Below are positions 13,372 through 26,372 of a stretch of DNA of 64,000 bases, in pieces. Under the pieces are notes generated by a model. That model was not told the DNA's origin, did not search any database, and saw only the letters and a program-made list of their open reading frames with translations. Each line of letters begins with the position of its first letter. The first letter of the stretch is position 1. Source of the DNA: Camelus ferus (taxonomy: Eukaryota). Made by a program: the position numbers and the translations under genes. The stretch is from positions 97,404,001 to 97,468,000 of the forward strand of contig NC_045696.1 of assembly GCF_009834535.1 (NCBI RefSeq), read 5' to 3'.

Positions 13372-16300
13372 TTTATCAACCTGTTCCTTAAACATACTAC
13401 CTTGGTAAATGTTCTCTGCTTTCTTACTTCTATATTTTTGCTTAGGCAGTGTTCTTAGGCAAAACTTTCTCCTACCATCCTCCTCCAGTTGCTTTCAATC
13501 TTTCAAATGCCCATATCCTCAATGTGAAAAGAAAAAGGCTGAGGCATATCATTTATTGGACACATATTCTGTATAAGGCTTTACAAATTATCCTATGTCC
13601 ACAAACATAATGGCTTAATATTATATTTTTGAGGAAGGAGTTGAGGAAACCAAGGGCCAAAGGAGCTTACCCAAGGTCATCCAAACCAATAAGTAAAGAA
13701 TCCGAAATAGTCCCACAGTATTCTGTATTTTTTTAATAAAACATGATACAGGACAGGCAGGCTTTATAGCCAGGATGCCAAGGTTCAAATTCCAGTTACT
13801 CCACTAACAACCTAATGTGAACTCAGAAAAATATGTATTCTGGATGCTTCCACTTCACCATCTATAAAAAGAGGATAACTGTACTACTACCACATTGATA
13901 ATAGTGAGAATTACAAGAAAAATATAAATAATTATTACAAGAAATAATAGAACTGTTTGGTCTATAGTAAACAATCAATGTTAGCTACACTGTTATTGTC
14001 ATTTATGTACTATGATATGTAAACTAACAATATCAATTATATGTTATCATTGTTCCTAAATCAATTTCTGCATAATGTAAAAGGATTATAAAAACATATA
14101 ATTTTTTGATATATGCTCAATAAATATTTGCATGAATACATAAATTTTAAAAGAATACTGTCCACCATGATTTATTAAAATTCACTTGTCTATTAATTCT
14201 GTTTCTTCTTTTGAGAAAACTAACACTTACTTCTTTCCCCTTTTTTAAGTAATGTGAAACTACCATATGCAATGCCATATGGCAGTAATATGTCAAATGG
14301 TGCAAAACACTATTTTGATCCAAACTCATTCTGCCTTCTGCTAGACATTCCCAGATTTTAACATGTCCAAAATCATACTTTTTACTTAAATTGTCAACCG
14401 TTTTTAGGTCCTACGAACATGAAGTAAGCATACCACGATATTCGACCAAGCCATTTCATTTCATACATCTTTATGGCAAAAACTATAAAACATTAATGCC
14501 TTCCCATCCAATTTAGCTCAAAGGCATAAACTTACCATCCCCTTCACCCTGCCCTTATTTTGCTAAAATTAGGGCCTGAAAAACATCTGATAAATCTGTT
14601 ACTCTGGGATGCAGAAAAATATCAAAGGAAGGGTGCTGAATGCCGGTAACAATTCAAGGTCCCCACAAAATGCTTGAGAAAAATGAGCTTTAAACAAAGA
14701 TAGATGAGAACTTACTCCAAACTCTTCAGTATTAAACCCTGCAAATCAAGCTTTTGTCCACATGCTTTATTATTACACATGGAGACATCAAGCTACTGGC
14801 TTCATGTAAGGCAGAGGTAAAAAATACATTAATAAATAAATAAATACATACATACAAACATATTAATAAAATAGCTGTCATTTCTGACACAGAGGAAATA
14901 ACGGTTTCTAGCCAAACATTTCCAAAAAAACAAAAACAGAGTAAAAAACACTTTGAGGCTTAACTATGTAACAGACATATTTTATTTCAATTAACTCTTA
15001 CAATTCTTCCTCATTTACAGATAATGTCACAGAGTTAGGAAGTGGCAGAGCTGAAGGCTAAACACAGCCTGACTCCCAAATTTGGGAGCCAGTGTTTTGC
15101 CATAATCCACAATAATATGGTATACATTTACATCTTCCTCTTCACACTCATACACTCTTTGTAAAAACCTGAAACAAAAGCTTCATGAGATAATGTTTAC
15201 CCTTCTTCCACAGGATGTCCTCTGATAAGTTTTTCTTTCTTTCTAATGTTATGTCAATGCATTAAATTTATTCCAAAATCCATTAATAAGTCTCCACTGG
15301 GCCCTGCACTACACTTCTTATCTCCTTTTTCAAGTTCTTTCAAACAGCTACCATAGTTCAGTTTTGTTACTCTGAAGTGGAGCTAATCTCCTCGTCCCAT
15401 TAAAATTTGTCCTTAAATAGATAAAACAAAAACAAAAACACCTTGAAAGCCCTTCCTTAAACCTTGAATCGCTCTGTTTCTCTAACTAGAACTCTTCGGC
15501 GGCACACCCATCTTATTTATACTGTATCAAAAACTGCAGATGTTCTCCTCGGAGAACAACAGATCTTTGTTGAAAGGAATGCATTAGTTCTCATCACTGC
15601 CCCTGCTGCATCACTGACGAACAGTTAACCGTCTGGCAAGTTTGGGGCAACAACAAAGGACCTGAGCAGCTGCCCACGGTGCTGAAACTGAAGATGAAAC
15701 GATAGTTTTTGAAATTTACTATTGCGAGATTAAGACAAAATAGAGAAACTTGCCAAACGCTGGCAGAGAACAGTTAGTGGCTGCCACCAAATATGCGTGA
15801 GTGTTTCTGGGATCGCTTGGCTTCGATGTCGGCCCACACCCTCTCTGGGACAGAGTTCTCCATCAGTGCTGGACAACTCAATAAGCGTCCTGCAGAGCTG
15901 CCAACTTTAAGAGGGCAGGGACGTGGTAATCTGCCCCTAGCAGTCACGTCCCACCTTCAGTCTAGCTTCCGGGGTGGGGGTGGGGGTGGGAGGAAGCTTA
16001 GAAAGGAAGGAGGCGACTGTCCTCTTTTTCCCAAAGACTACAGAGTTTCCACAACTAAAGTCAAGAGACTTCGCCCGGGGACTCTGCGGCAAGCGCTTGA
16101 CCAAGAAAAGCCTTCCGAACATCTTCCCAGACTCCAGCCACCTCAAGATGAGAATCTGAGAAGAAAACTGATAACCCAACAACTTTGGATAATATACAAA
16201 CTCACGGGATAGGAAAGCAAGTACTCGGCCCTCCAAAGGCAAGGCTTCTTTTTTTTTTTTTTTTTTTTTTAAATAAAATGTTTGCAACTACCTAGCTTCC

Positions 16301-16448
16301 TCCGCGGCCAGCCTAGGGAGGAGCAGCAAAGACCTCAGCTGCGGGGCTGCCCCGGAGCTTCAGGCCGGCGAAGGGGTGTGTTCTCCCCGCCAGGCCCCGC
16401 GGGGGACAACCCGCCGCCCGACCGCCGCGACGCGGGAGAGGCTCTTAC

Positions 16449-16600
16449 CTGGAAGCCTGACCTCGCAATACGAAAAGGCTCGCCCGCCGTGTCTTTGCGG
16501 GAGAAGTCCCTACCCTGACTTCATGACTGAATCTCCGCACCGACCCCCACCGCCCAGAGTCGGAGCGCGAACGACAACACCAAGGCGAGGCGGAAGTCCC
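16449..16600 (-). other. RNF13: Putative non-coding first exon (proximal) of RNF13; 5' end approximate
   Basis: Minus-strand donor CCAG|gtaaga (plus strand: tcttacctgg) inside the CpG island, with ETS and CCAAT motifs at the upstream edge. Gene identity comes only from the known RNF13-ANKUB1-COMMD2 order. Confidence 0.65.
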
Positions 16601-17077
16601 ACCCTACGCATCTCATTGGCCCGCACCAGAAGGTAGAGGAACGCTATTGGGCCACAGAGCTGCCCGCTACGGAGCCTTCCCACTCCCACGCTGGGTCTCG
16701 ATGCCTGCTCCAGTCTGGCTCGGAGAGATGCCCAGTCCGCGGAGTCGCGTTCTTGGCCTCGTGATCTGTCCTCTTTCCAAGGGAAGGGAAGGGAAGGGCA
16801 GGGTGGGGCGAGCTTCTGGGGAGAGGCTGAAAGATCTCCTTTTGGCGAGGTAAGGAGCAGGCTGGCTAAGGAGATTGGCTGTAGAATCCTGCTGCCTGCC
16901 GTGTGACCCCAGAAGTGGAGGCAGTGGGGTCGGGGGGAACTAGACCGAGTGGCCAGAGCTGGACGGTCTAGTTTGTTCGGGCTGTTGGGCTGAAACAGCC
17001 CGAGACCCAGCTGGCGGGCTGTCCATGGGCGGGCCTTGCTTTGGCGCCAGCGCGCCTCTTTCCTACACCGCACTCAC

Positions 17078-17245
17078 CCGACCGGCTGAAGAGGCTAGGA
17101 CGAGGCCTCATTGCCTCTGCACCGTCTCCAGGCTGAGATCGGGATGGATGGGACCGAGGCTAACGCCCTTACAGTCCGGGTCGCGTTGTTAGAGGTGCGA
17201 GCAGCGGAGGGCTGAACACTAGTCCCCTGACGCTTGACTGGGAGC
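17078..17245 (-). other. RNF13: Putative alternative non-coding first exon (distal) of RNF13; 5' end approximate
   Basis: Consensus minus-strand donor CGG|gtgagt (plus strand: actcacccg at 17072-17080), with the CRE/MARE palindrome immediately upstream. Confidence 0.5.
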
Positions 17246-18871
17246 CGTGCTGACGTCAGCACTGTGGGCCTGACACGCGCCATCCCTGAGACTCAGCAAA
17301 AGTCCAGCCATATGATTAAACCCTAAGTCAGCTTTTTAAACTCTTGCCTTCGTTGAAGAACCAACAAAAACTCCTCCCCCACCGCCCTTCTGATAAACCT
17401 CAGGATTACAATTTCAAACCAAGGTACTTTGAAATTTAAATTACCCGGATTGGAACATCCACACTGATTAACCAGTTGCCAACTAGACACTGTAAGGAAG
17501 CAATGTGGCTTACTGCAAAGATTGCAAAAAATTAAGAATGCCAAGAAACCGAGATTCTGGCCCTGCTTCTATTTCAAAATAAGGCACCTTTAAAAGCCCA
17601 TTACCGGCTTCACATCTTTCAACCTCATCTTTTAGGAGGGGCTAGAGGGAGCTAGCACTTAGAACACCTGTAGAATACCCTTGGCTGTAACTTGTAGCCC
17701 TGATTACTTCGGGGAAAGCTGAGAAATGGGAAGACTCCCTGTTGTATATCCTCTTGTGCCTTTCTAATTTTGAACCTTGTCAATATTAACCTACTCAAAA
17801 TTTAAATACAAAAAAATTTTAATCAAATTACAATAAAAAATAAAGGCCATCAAAGGTACCTTCCTCTTCTATGTATCCTTTGACTATATATTCTATACAT
17901 TCTTAGATTTTCATCAGTTGTGAAGACATTCAATACTTAATACATAGTCTTGCCTTTAAGAAATTCATAAATAAAAGTCATAATTGGGAATATTACCGTG
18001 AAGGCTGGTGTAATTAGTGTATAGTTAGAATATGTCTATAAGCATTTCTTCATTAAATTATCTCAAATTGGTTTTTATATTTAATCAGATTTCTTGCATG
18101 ACATCAAAAAAAGTAGAAAATAGTAATGTGAACATTCTACAGGTTAAAAAAAGAAGAAGAGCTTAGTTCATTCCTTAAAGGGACGTTGAGTACAGAACAT
18201 TTTAATCTGGCTTTGCCCTTCAGTTCACAATAGGTATAGTTCTTTCAGTCACAAACAAGGTAATGTGTTATTTGTAGTGCATTTAGGCAGAGGAATTGTG
18301 CTCCACCCTCAGAAGCATTTATTCTCCCCACTGTGTTGAATGAAGCCAAATTGGAAGAAAATAGGTTGCAAAAATGTGCTAATGTTTTTTAAGTAGGTTA
18401 GACAGTAAGGTTGATACGCATCTTAATTATGGCTTTCAAGAACATGAAGGGTTAATATGGCACATGATACTAACAGCCACTAATTATCTCCTTTTAAAGA
18501 CAAGTAAAAGAAAATAAGCTTTTAGGATTTTGTCTGACAGTTTTTTTTTTTTTAATCTTCCTAAAAATACAAACGGATAGCATATAAAATTGTAGAACTA
18601 CCTACCTCCAATATATTGTAAGACAGAAACAACATCTAAAAAGATAGGACATCCAATTAACGGCCTAAAATGGCTTAGAAGTAGTTTTCTCTGAATAATG
18701 GAAAGAATGCAGGCAGTCTGTTTAAGCACTGAGATTAACTCCAGACATTAAAATTACTCTAGGCATCATTATATTTAGAATCAGAAAAAAAGGTAATTTT
18801 AGAATCAGATGAAAAAGATACTTTCATTTTCAATAGAAGACAATAAAATTATCACTGTGATAGAGAATAGA

Positions 18872-19030
18872 GAGGGGAGGGTATAGCTCAGAGGTAGAGT
18901 GCATGACTAGTTTGCACAAGATCCTGGGTTCAGTTCCAAGTACCTCTGTTTAGACAAATAAGCCTAAAGTTACCTCCCTCCACCCATTAAAAAAATTTTT
19001 TTTAATTTTAAAAAGAAAAATTTTAAAGGA
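18872..19030 (+). mobile_element. tRNA-derived SINE (camelid Vic-1-like)
   Basis: ggggagggtatagctcagaggtagag (A box), ctgggttcagttcc (B box), acctccc and A/T-rich tail. Confidence 0.85.
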
Positions 19031-19559
19031 AACCAAAAAACAAATAACAAATAGAATCCAGAAAGAATCCATTTATGTATAGAACAGGCACATTTGAAAA
19101 TATACCAAATGAAACTGCTAAAAATTGTTTTAGGGAATTTTTGGACAAAAATTAGAAAGTGCCCATTTCTTTACCAAGTTCTAAACTAATCAGTAAGTTC
19201 ATCTTGTAAGACATTAAGTGAAAAGTTTAGAACACAAAATAACAGGTATCAGTCAAAAGCATTTTTCAACAAAGTCTACTTATTTTCTGGGAATTGAGAA
19301 AAGTTAAATTTAAAAAAAAGTTCTGTTTAAGTTTAAATGCCTTAAAAAATGACCTGGTCATTACTTCCCTTGAGATAAGTTGCTTCCTTCTTTCATACAA
19401 AAATGACTGACATACAATTTCAACTTTTCCCTTCTTGTTTGGGTCATGAGAAGCAGTCTTTCTCTATTCGCCAACAAAGTTTTTACAAAATAGGCATCAA
19501 AAAATTCATATGACATAACGTAATATGAAGATGTAAGAACCCAGGAGTGTGGATCAAGA

Positions 19560-21390
19560 CAGTCATTTTGGGAAACAATTTGGCATTATCTGAAAAGAAT
19601 GAAAAATAACATTTCCCATGACAGCAATTTCAATCCAGGAGTATTTCTTAAGGAAACACAAAATAAATTCATATCTAGGTACATTGTAGTGAAGTTTAAA
19701 GATCAAAGAAAAACCGAAGTTTTTAAATAAACAGAAAATGGAATGAAATACAAAGGAATGGCAGCTGGCTTCTCAATAGCAACAAAAGAAACTAGAAATC
19801 AATGAAATAATATCTTCAACACTAAAATAAAATAATTACAATTGTCAACCTAGAGTTTGTACCAAGTTAAGGTATCATTTTAAAGGGAGGGCAGAATGAA
19901 GACATTTTCAGAGGAAAAACAGCATTTATTTCTAAGAGACTTTTATTGAAAAAATGTCTAAAGGACATCTTCAAGAAATTGAAAATTGAACCCAGGACGA
20001 AGGGGTGAAATGCAAAAAAGTATGGAGAGCAAAGAAATTGAATAATAGTTTTCAAACCAGGTGATGTAAAAAAGGAAATAAAACAATCAATAGAAAGCAA
20101 GGGAATAGGGGTAGGAAAGTAGCAACTAAAAGGTATTGTAAATGGAAAATACAAAATGGGATAGAAGAAATAATCAATAATCTCTAAAAGAGGTAAATGG
20201 GGTAAACTTACTAGTTAAAAGACACATTGTCAGTTACATTCTTTTTAACAGGACATAAAACTTATAGGACACCGAAAGGTGATGGTAAAAGAAGGGGGAG
20301 TGATATGCAAGTGAATAACAACAAAAAGAAAGCTGGTGTAGCTGTATTACTGTCAAAGGGGGGAAACAGACCTACAGTCAAAAGCACTGTTAATCAGGAT
20401 AAATAGAATTGTTAAATAATGATAAATGGAAAAATTTGCAAAGAGGTTATAACCATCATGAACCACTATGCATCTAGAAACACAGCCTCAAAATATTTAA
20501 AGCAAGAATTTACTAGCTTACAAAGAAAAGTTGGCAAATCACAGTCATAGTAGAATTTTATATGCCATTTTAAGTAATTAATAAATCCAGCAGACAAAAC
20601 ATTAGTAAGAAAATAGAATATTTAGACAACACAAGGAACATGTAGAGAACCCTATAGCTACTCTATTCAAGCACATATGGAGTCTTTCTCAAAATAACAG
20701 CATATTATGCTGTAATGCGAATCTCAACAAATAACAAAGACTAAGTGGCATATAACCCATGTTGTATGACCAAAATATAAGTTGTCAACTATTGATAGAG
20801 CAGTTTTTTTAAATTATAAGAGAATACTATGAACAACTTTACACAATAAATATGAAAAAAATCAAATAAATAATTTTCTAGGAAAAAAAAGTTTTAATTT
20901 GCCCAAACACCTGAGAAGATGTAGCAAACCTAAGCAGGCTAAGGAAATTGAAACAGCACTCAAAAATCTGCAACCCTCCCCTCAAAAAATCAACTCCAGA
21001 ATGTTTTAAAGATGAGTTCACCATACTTTCAAGGAATAGATAATAAAATTTTTACTAATCGCTTCATAGAATAAAAAACTGAGTATTATTCAATTAATTC
21101 CATGAGGGCAGTATAATTTTGATACTAAAACTGAACAAAGACAATACAGGTAAGAAAAGTCATAGGTCAATCTTACTTTGAGTGGATATGCAAAAATCCA
21201 AAATTAAATATTGGTAAACTAAAACTAACAAAGCTTTTTTTTTTTAATTAAATAAAATAAAAGACAAAACTATGATTAAATAGTATTGAATGTAAGAAAG
21301 CATTATAAATTTTATTACTATGATTTACCACATTACTACATTTAAAAACTAAGAAGCTTGTCTTAGCATATGCAGAAAAATCATTTGGGA
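19560..21390 (+). mobile_element. Old, fragmented L1M (ORF1/ORF2 remnants)
   Basis: A-rich degenerate L1 motifs such as aagaaagctggtgtagctgtattactgtcaaa and aacacagcctcaaaatatttaaagcaa. Confidence 0.6.
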
Positions 21391-22025
21391 ATTAAAGGAG
21401 GGACTTTATTGTACAAGACTGTCAAAGAAAAGTTGACATAAGCTGAAACAAATAACAAGGCTTCCTAGGTTGTGAGCCACAGGAGCCAACTCTAGTCAAT
21501 TTAGGTTTAAAAATGTAATTTATTTAAAGGACACGAGGATACTCATAGGATTAAACGCATGCCTGAAGTACAGTCTTGTCAAGATCAATAATCAGTGGCT
21601 CTAATTGTCCCATGGAATCAACATTCTCATCCTTGCAGTACTACTCTGGCCATTTTCATCACTCTGCTCACAGTTCAAATTCCAGGGACGAAGTCTTCCA
21701 CTGGCTTATCTTGTGACATATTTCATCGCTTGATCAGGGTGCCTTAATTGACTGTTTCATCAGATCATACACCAAAGGAGAGAAGTGAGGATATCAGGAT
21801 GATGTTATTTATCAAAAGCAGATAAAATAAATGCTAAGTAAGAGCGCCTAGAAAGAACTGAACAGCATGTTCAAAGGCCCTAAGGTGTGAACAAGACTAG
21901 CATACTTGAGGGTAGGGAAGTCAGTACTAATCCAAGAAGAAGATAATGACCAGGACCAAAGCTAAGGCAGTAGAGATGGAAAGGAGTGGTTAAAATGAAG
22001 ATACATTTTGAAGTTCAAATAATCA

Positions 22026-22497
22026 TGTAATAGGGAAGGACAAATCTGACTCTATATTAGATCTGTTTCTTTTACTTCAACCTTTGTATTCTATTGCTTG
22101 TTAATCACAAAAGGGATGTTGCCTTTAAGCTTAAATTACACATAATGGCCCATCTCTAGGAATCCTGCCTCCCAGGTAATGAGCATTAAGCTAAATTACC
22201 TTTGTTTAGCTCACAGGAAACATTCTAACCAGGCCTACCAGTGAATGGCTGCAGGAGGGAAGAAATTAAGACCTCCCCTCCGGAGTCTGGCTGGAACCAG
22301 GACTTTACCCTCTCCTCTTTCAGTATAAAGGAAGCCTGAATTAAAGCTCAGGGAAGATGATTCTCTAGGACATTAGCCCACCAAATTCTCAGACTGCTGT
22401 CTTTCCCAATAAAGTCATTATTTCTTGTCCCAACACCTCGTCTCCCAATTTATTAGCCTGTTGTGCAGTGAGCAGAATGAGTTTGGACTTGGTAATA
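22026..22497 (+). mobile_element. Solo ERV LTR (ERV1-like) inserted within an L2 element
   Basis: Starts TGTAA and ends GGTAATA (decayed CA end); internal TATAAA near 22324 and AATAAA near 22408; L2 sequence is continuous across the two flanks. Confidence 0.75.
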
Positions 22498-25400
22498 AAG
22501 ATTTGCTGATGGATGTGGAAGATGAGGAAAGAAAAGAATTAACGATGACTGCCAGGTTTCTGGCTTGAGCAGCTGGGTGAGTGGTGGTACCATTCATAAC
22601 ATAGAGAAACCTGGGTGATGAAGAAAGAGAAAAATTTGGAGGGAAAAAAGCACAAGTTCACTTTTGTACATGTTAAGATTGAAATATCCAAATGGAGATG
22701 TCCAAGAGGCATCTGGATATAAAGAGGAGTGATTATAACAGGAGATATAAATTTAGCAATCTTCATTGTAAAAGTAGCATTAAATACACAGGAATGTATG
22801 AGATCATTTACAAATAGCCTTCTCTGCAGCATTTTAATAAAACTACTAAACTAATATTTAGAGCTAGCCTTTAGCGTAAGTCAAACAGGGGGCCACCTAC
22901 ATATTATGTTCTGAGAAATGCTTGGCTCCTGCTTCCCAATTTTTTCCCATATGGAACCCTGGTACAATGGCATCTTAAACCCCTACACTGATTATTTTCC
23001 TTAGATTCAGAAAGAAGGGCAGATATTGGAGATTTAATTGTCAGCCATTGACATCTCATTTTTCATAAATTCTCCCATCCCCTGCTACTCTCTTGCAAAC
23101 TGCAAGATCAAATACATTTTTCAGGCAGAGAAGGAAACTCTACAGAACAGAAAAGACTAAACAGAAAAGATGAAAACACAGAAGATCTGAAATGGCACTC
23201 TCCTGATCTGTGGGGCTTTGATGAAAATGTAAAAGTCTCCTCCACAATTCAGACACAACAGAGAACACAAAACAACAGCATGTGCGAGCAGGAGGAAAGA
23301 TGCAACAAGCATGATGTGTTTGATTTTACTAAATGGGGCAGCGGTTAAAATTAGAATTTAATTTAAAAGTTCTGTATTGATATAAATCATTCCAACTAAC
23401 ACAATGGTACTTAAACAGTACTTTAATTAGCCTACTGTTTGTTCTGTTTCAGTTAAGTTGACAATAAGCTGTTTTATAACTGCTATTTCCCCCAACACTG
23501 CTTACTTTCCTAATTGTAGATTTCTTTTCTGTTCACTGCTTGTTATTTCCTGTTTCAGGCATGAATTTATTTGAGCCATCAATCACACAATTTCACTTCC
23601 TTGAAAGAGGCTTTGCATCTGGTGATGAGCTCTACAGTCTGGAAACTCTCCCGGCCTCCATCCTGATTATAGTTAAGGCTTATCAACCTTGGCAATTTAA
23701 TGAAATGCATCCGCCCCTAGTTTGTTCATTTCCAAAAATAAAGATGTGGAGGAACTGCTGAATTACACTTGCATGTGTTCAAATGATCAAATTAAAGTGC
23801 TAGGTATGTTAGTAATAATAATAAGTTAATGGAAAAAAGACATACATTGTATGAGAATTGCCAGAACTGGTTGCTATTTTTAGCCTTTCCCATCTTTCTT
23901 ACAATCACTGCCTCTCTGTCTTACCCTCCCTATAATCATTTCACTTTTTATCATTGACCTCTTCATATTCAGTGCTAAGTAAAACTTTTAATTAGGGAAA
24001 CTCTATTCTCAAACCTTTCCAATCTTTCTCTTTGACATTGTTGTTTCCCATATCGAACTTTCTATCCCCAGGAGATCAGTGCTCCCAAAATATTCCCAGA
24101 TTTTTCCTTGTTCCCCCTGCTCCCCTTGCTAATAACCATAACAATAGCAGCAGCAGCAGCAAAAATACTGTACTAAGCTCTTCTATACATCGTTTTATTA
24201 ATCCTCGGGACGACCTCAGGTCATACTATTGTGTTTGTCTTTACAGATCAGGAAACTATGGTTCAAACAAATTAAATAACTCATCTAGGCGAATGCAGCT
24301 GGTGAGAAATGAAATAGACTTCTTGGGTTTTGGAACTGGGATCTGAATGCAAGTCCATCCATATCAGAACCTGAGCTCTGAACCAAAATGATAAACAATG
24401 AATAGCCAGTATAAGGAGAGAGAGAGCTCAAGTTGGAGGCAAATGACTCTCTTGTGTGATCTGGGGCAAGTAATGCAATCTCTTATTCCTAGATTTCATC
24501 ACATTCTATCTATGCATGGTTGTCCTACTTGAAGAGTACCCCTTATCTGAGCCTATCCTTTGCTCTGCTCTCCAACACCTCTCCAACGCCTAAACTTTAC
24601 CTGTCTTAGATCTCCAAAGCTCTGCTTCCAGCTAACTGTTGTTTAGAAAACTTTTAAACAAATTAATACAGGAGTATTAGCCTTGTTAGAGACACATGTT
24701 TTCTAGGGTAGCTTCCAAAACCACAATACTGTAAATGAAAGTGTAATTTTAGATACTGAAATGAATGAGTGAAAAACTTAAGTGTAAAATGACTATAACT
24801 CAATAAAAAAAGTTTAAAAAAATTTTTTAAATGAAAAAGAAAAAGAAAAACTTAAGTGGTCAAGAGAAGTCTTTCTAATACCCCTCAACTATGACACCAT
24901 ATAGACCAGTGCGTATCACACTGTTACACGTAGGAACACCTGGGCATATGTTAAAATGCAGATTCTGGGTCAGTAGATCTGCAATAGAGCCTGAGATTCT
25001 ATAGTTCCAGCAAGTACCCAAGTGATACTGATGCTGCTGATAACCAGACCAAACTTCTAAATCATCCATTCCTTTTACAGTTAAGTCCATCTTCTTTAAT
25101 CTTTGATTCTTTTCCTGTTTTTCTTTGCTACATAGCAAGTTCGAGAAACTGTAAGGTCTGATTTTTCAGTTTCCTCTTTGTATGACCCAAGATGATAACC
25201 CTTACTTTCTTCCAAGATCTGCTCTGCACTTATGAAGATGTATCACATTTAACTAAATATATCTAGGTGTTTTTAGGATTGCAGATCCAAACCTGAAAGA
25301 TTGTTTTTCCAGTTAAAATAAAAATAACAATAAATTACTTTTTTAAAAAGCTAAAACTGTACCTTAAAAGAATCAGGAAATATGAGGACAGGAAGAATAT

Positions 25401-25718
25401 TGAGAATTAAGAATTCTACTTTCTTTTTTTCAAACTTGTTTTTATTCTCAAAAAACTGGCCTCTTGCAACTTAAGGTCCAGGCTGGCACTACAGACAAAT
25501 GCTTTCTATGAAAGCCTTTTCATTAGCAAGAGCTACTCAAAAGGTGGTAGCAGTACAGTAAATCATCACACGTGTTCATATTCGAAACAAAAACTACTAG
25601 TTCTTAACTTTTCAGAGGTTGAGAAATGTGAAACTTTGTGGTCAAAATTAATTTGCATCTATTTATTTGCTAAAAAATTATTTCTTAATAAATGTAACTT
25701 TAAAAACTCATGAACTTA

Positions 25719-25857
25719 GAGGAGGAGGGTATAGCTCAGTGGTAGAGCACAAGCCTAGCATGCATGAGGTCCTGGGTTCAAGCCCCAGTATCTCCATTAA
25801 ATAAACAGATGAATAAACCTAATTACCTCCTCCCTAAAAAAAAGATTAATTTAAAAA
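25719..25857 (+). mobile_element. tRNA-derived SINE (Vic-1-like) with TSD AAAAACTCATGAA
   Basis: A box tagctcagtggtagag and B box gggttcaagccc; TSD at 25702-25714 and 25858-25870. Confidence 0.9.
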
Positions 25858-26372
25858 AAAAACTCATGAATTTTAAACTGAAGGTAGTTCATTTTACTTT
25901 TATTAATCTACAAATGAAAAATGCTTATCAATACCAGTCATGTTACAATAGATCATTTTGCTTCTATCTTACTTTTATCATTATCAAGAAAATTAAGTAA
26001 TGCAAGATTGAAATCACTGTTTTGTAAGACTATTTGTAAGTAGAATTTTAAATAATCATTTTCTTTTGATTTTCTTTGTATTCAAATGAGAGGCAGTTGC
26101 ATCAACTCTCTTTCTTTACAATTATTTGTTTAAAAATCTCCACATAGCTTCTATTTCTTTGCTATTTAAAGTATAGTCCAAAGAGTTTGTTAGAATTGAA
26201 AATCTCAGGCCCCATTTTAGTACTGCTCAGCCAGAACACATATATTAAAAGGATTATCAGGTAATTCAAATGAACATCTATGATTTCTTAGATGAAAAGA
26301 ACAGAACTGAGTGACAAATTTTAAAAGTTACAGTAATAAAAGCATAATTGTATATTAAAAGCAGATGCTATC

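Larger units (their letters stand above)
16280..17290. promoter_or_regulatory. CpG island / promoter of a minus-strand gene (RNF13 by synteny)
   Basis: Dense CpG; CGGAAGT near 16591; several ATTGG (reverse CCAAT) boxes; CRE/MARE palindrome at 17247-17262; two minus-strand splice donors. Confidence 0.85.

Noticed and set aside
15943..15950. GTCACGTC resembling a TFEB CLEAR element
   Set aside because: Lacks the CACGTG E-box core, so it is not a proper match.
1..16448. Search for RNF13 coding exons
   Set aside because: No signal-peptide, PA or RING-encoding exon was recognised, so the region is treated as intron 1 and the RNF13 label rests on synteny.
16510..17073. 187-aa minus-strand ORF and other overlapping ORFs in the CpG island
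   Set aside because: GC-rich sequence is depleted of stop codons; the products are low-complexity Arg/Pro/Ser-rich with no recognisable domain.
17095..17283. 62-aa ATG-initiated minus-strand ORF
   Set aside because: The ATG lies upstream of the CRE/MARE element and probably upstream of the TSS; no recognisable homology.
25725..25795. tRNA-like sequences (also near 18880, 40750, 45825)
   Set aside because: They have A/B boxes but also SINE tails, TSDs in some copies and degenerate stems, so they are tRNA-derived SINEs rather than tRNA genes.
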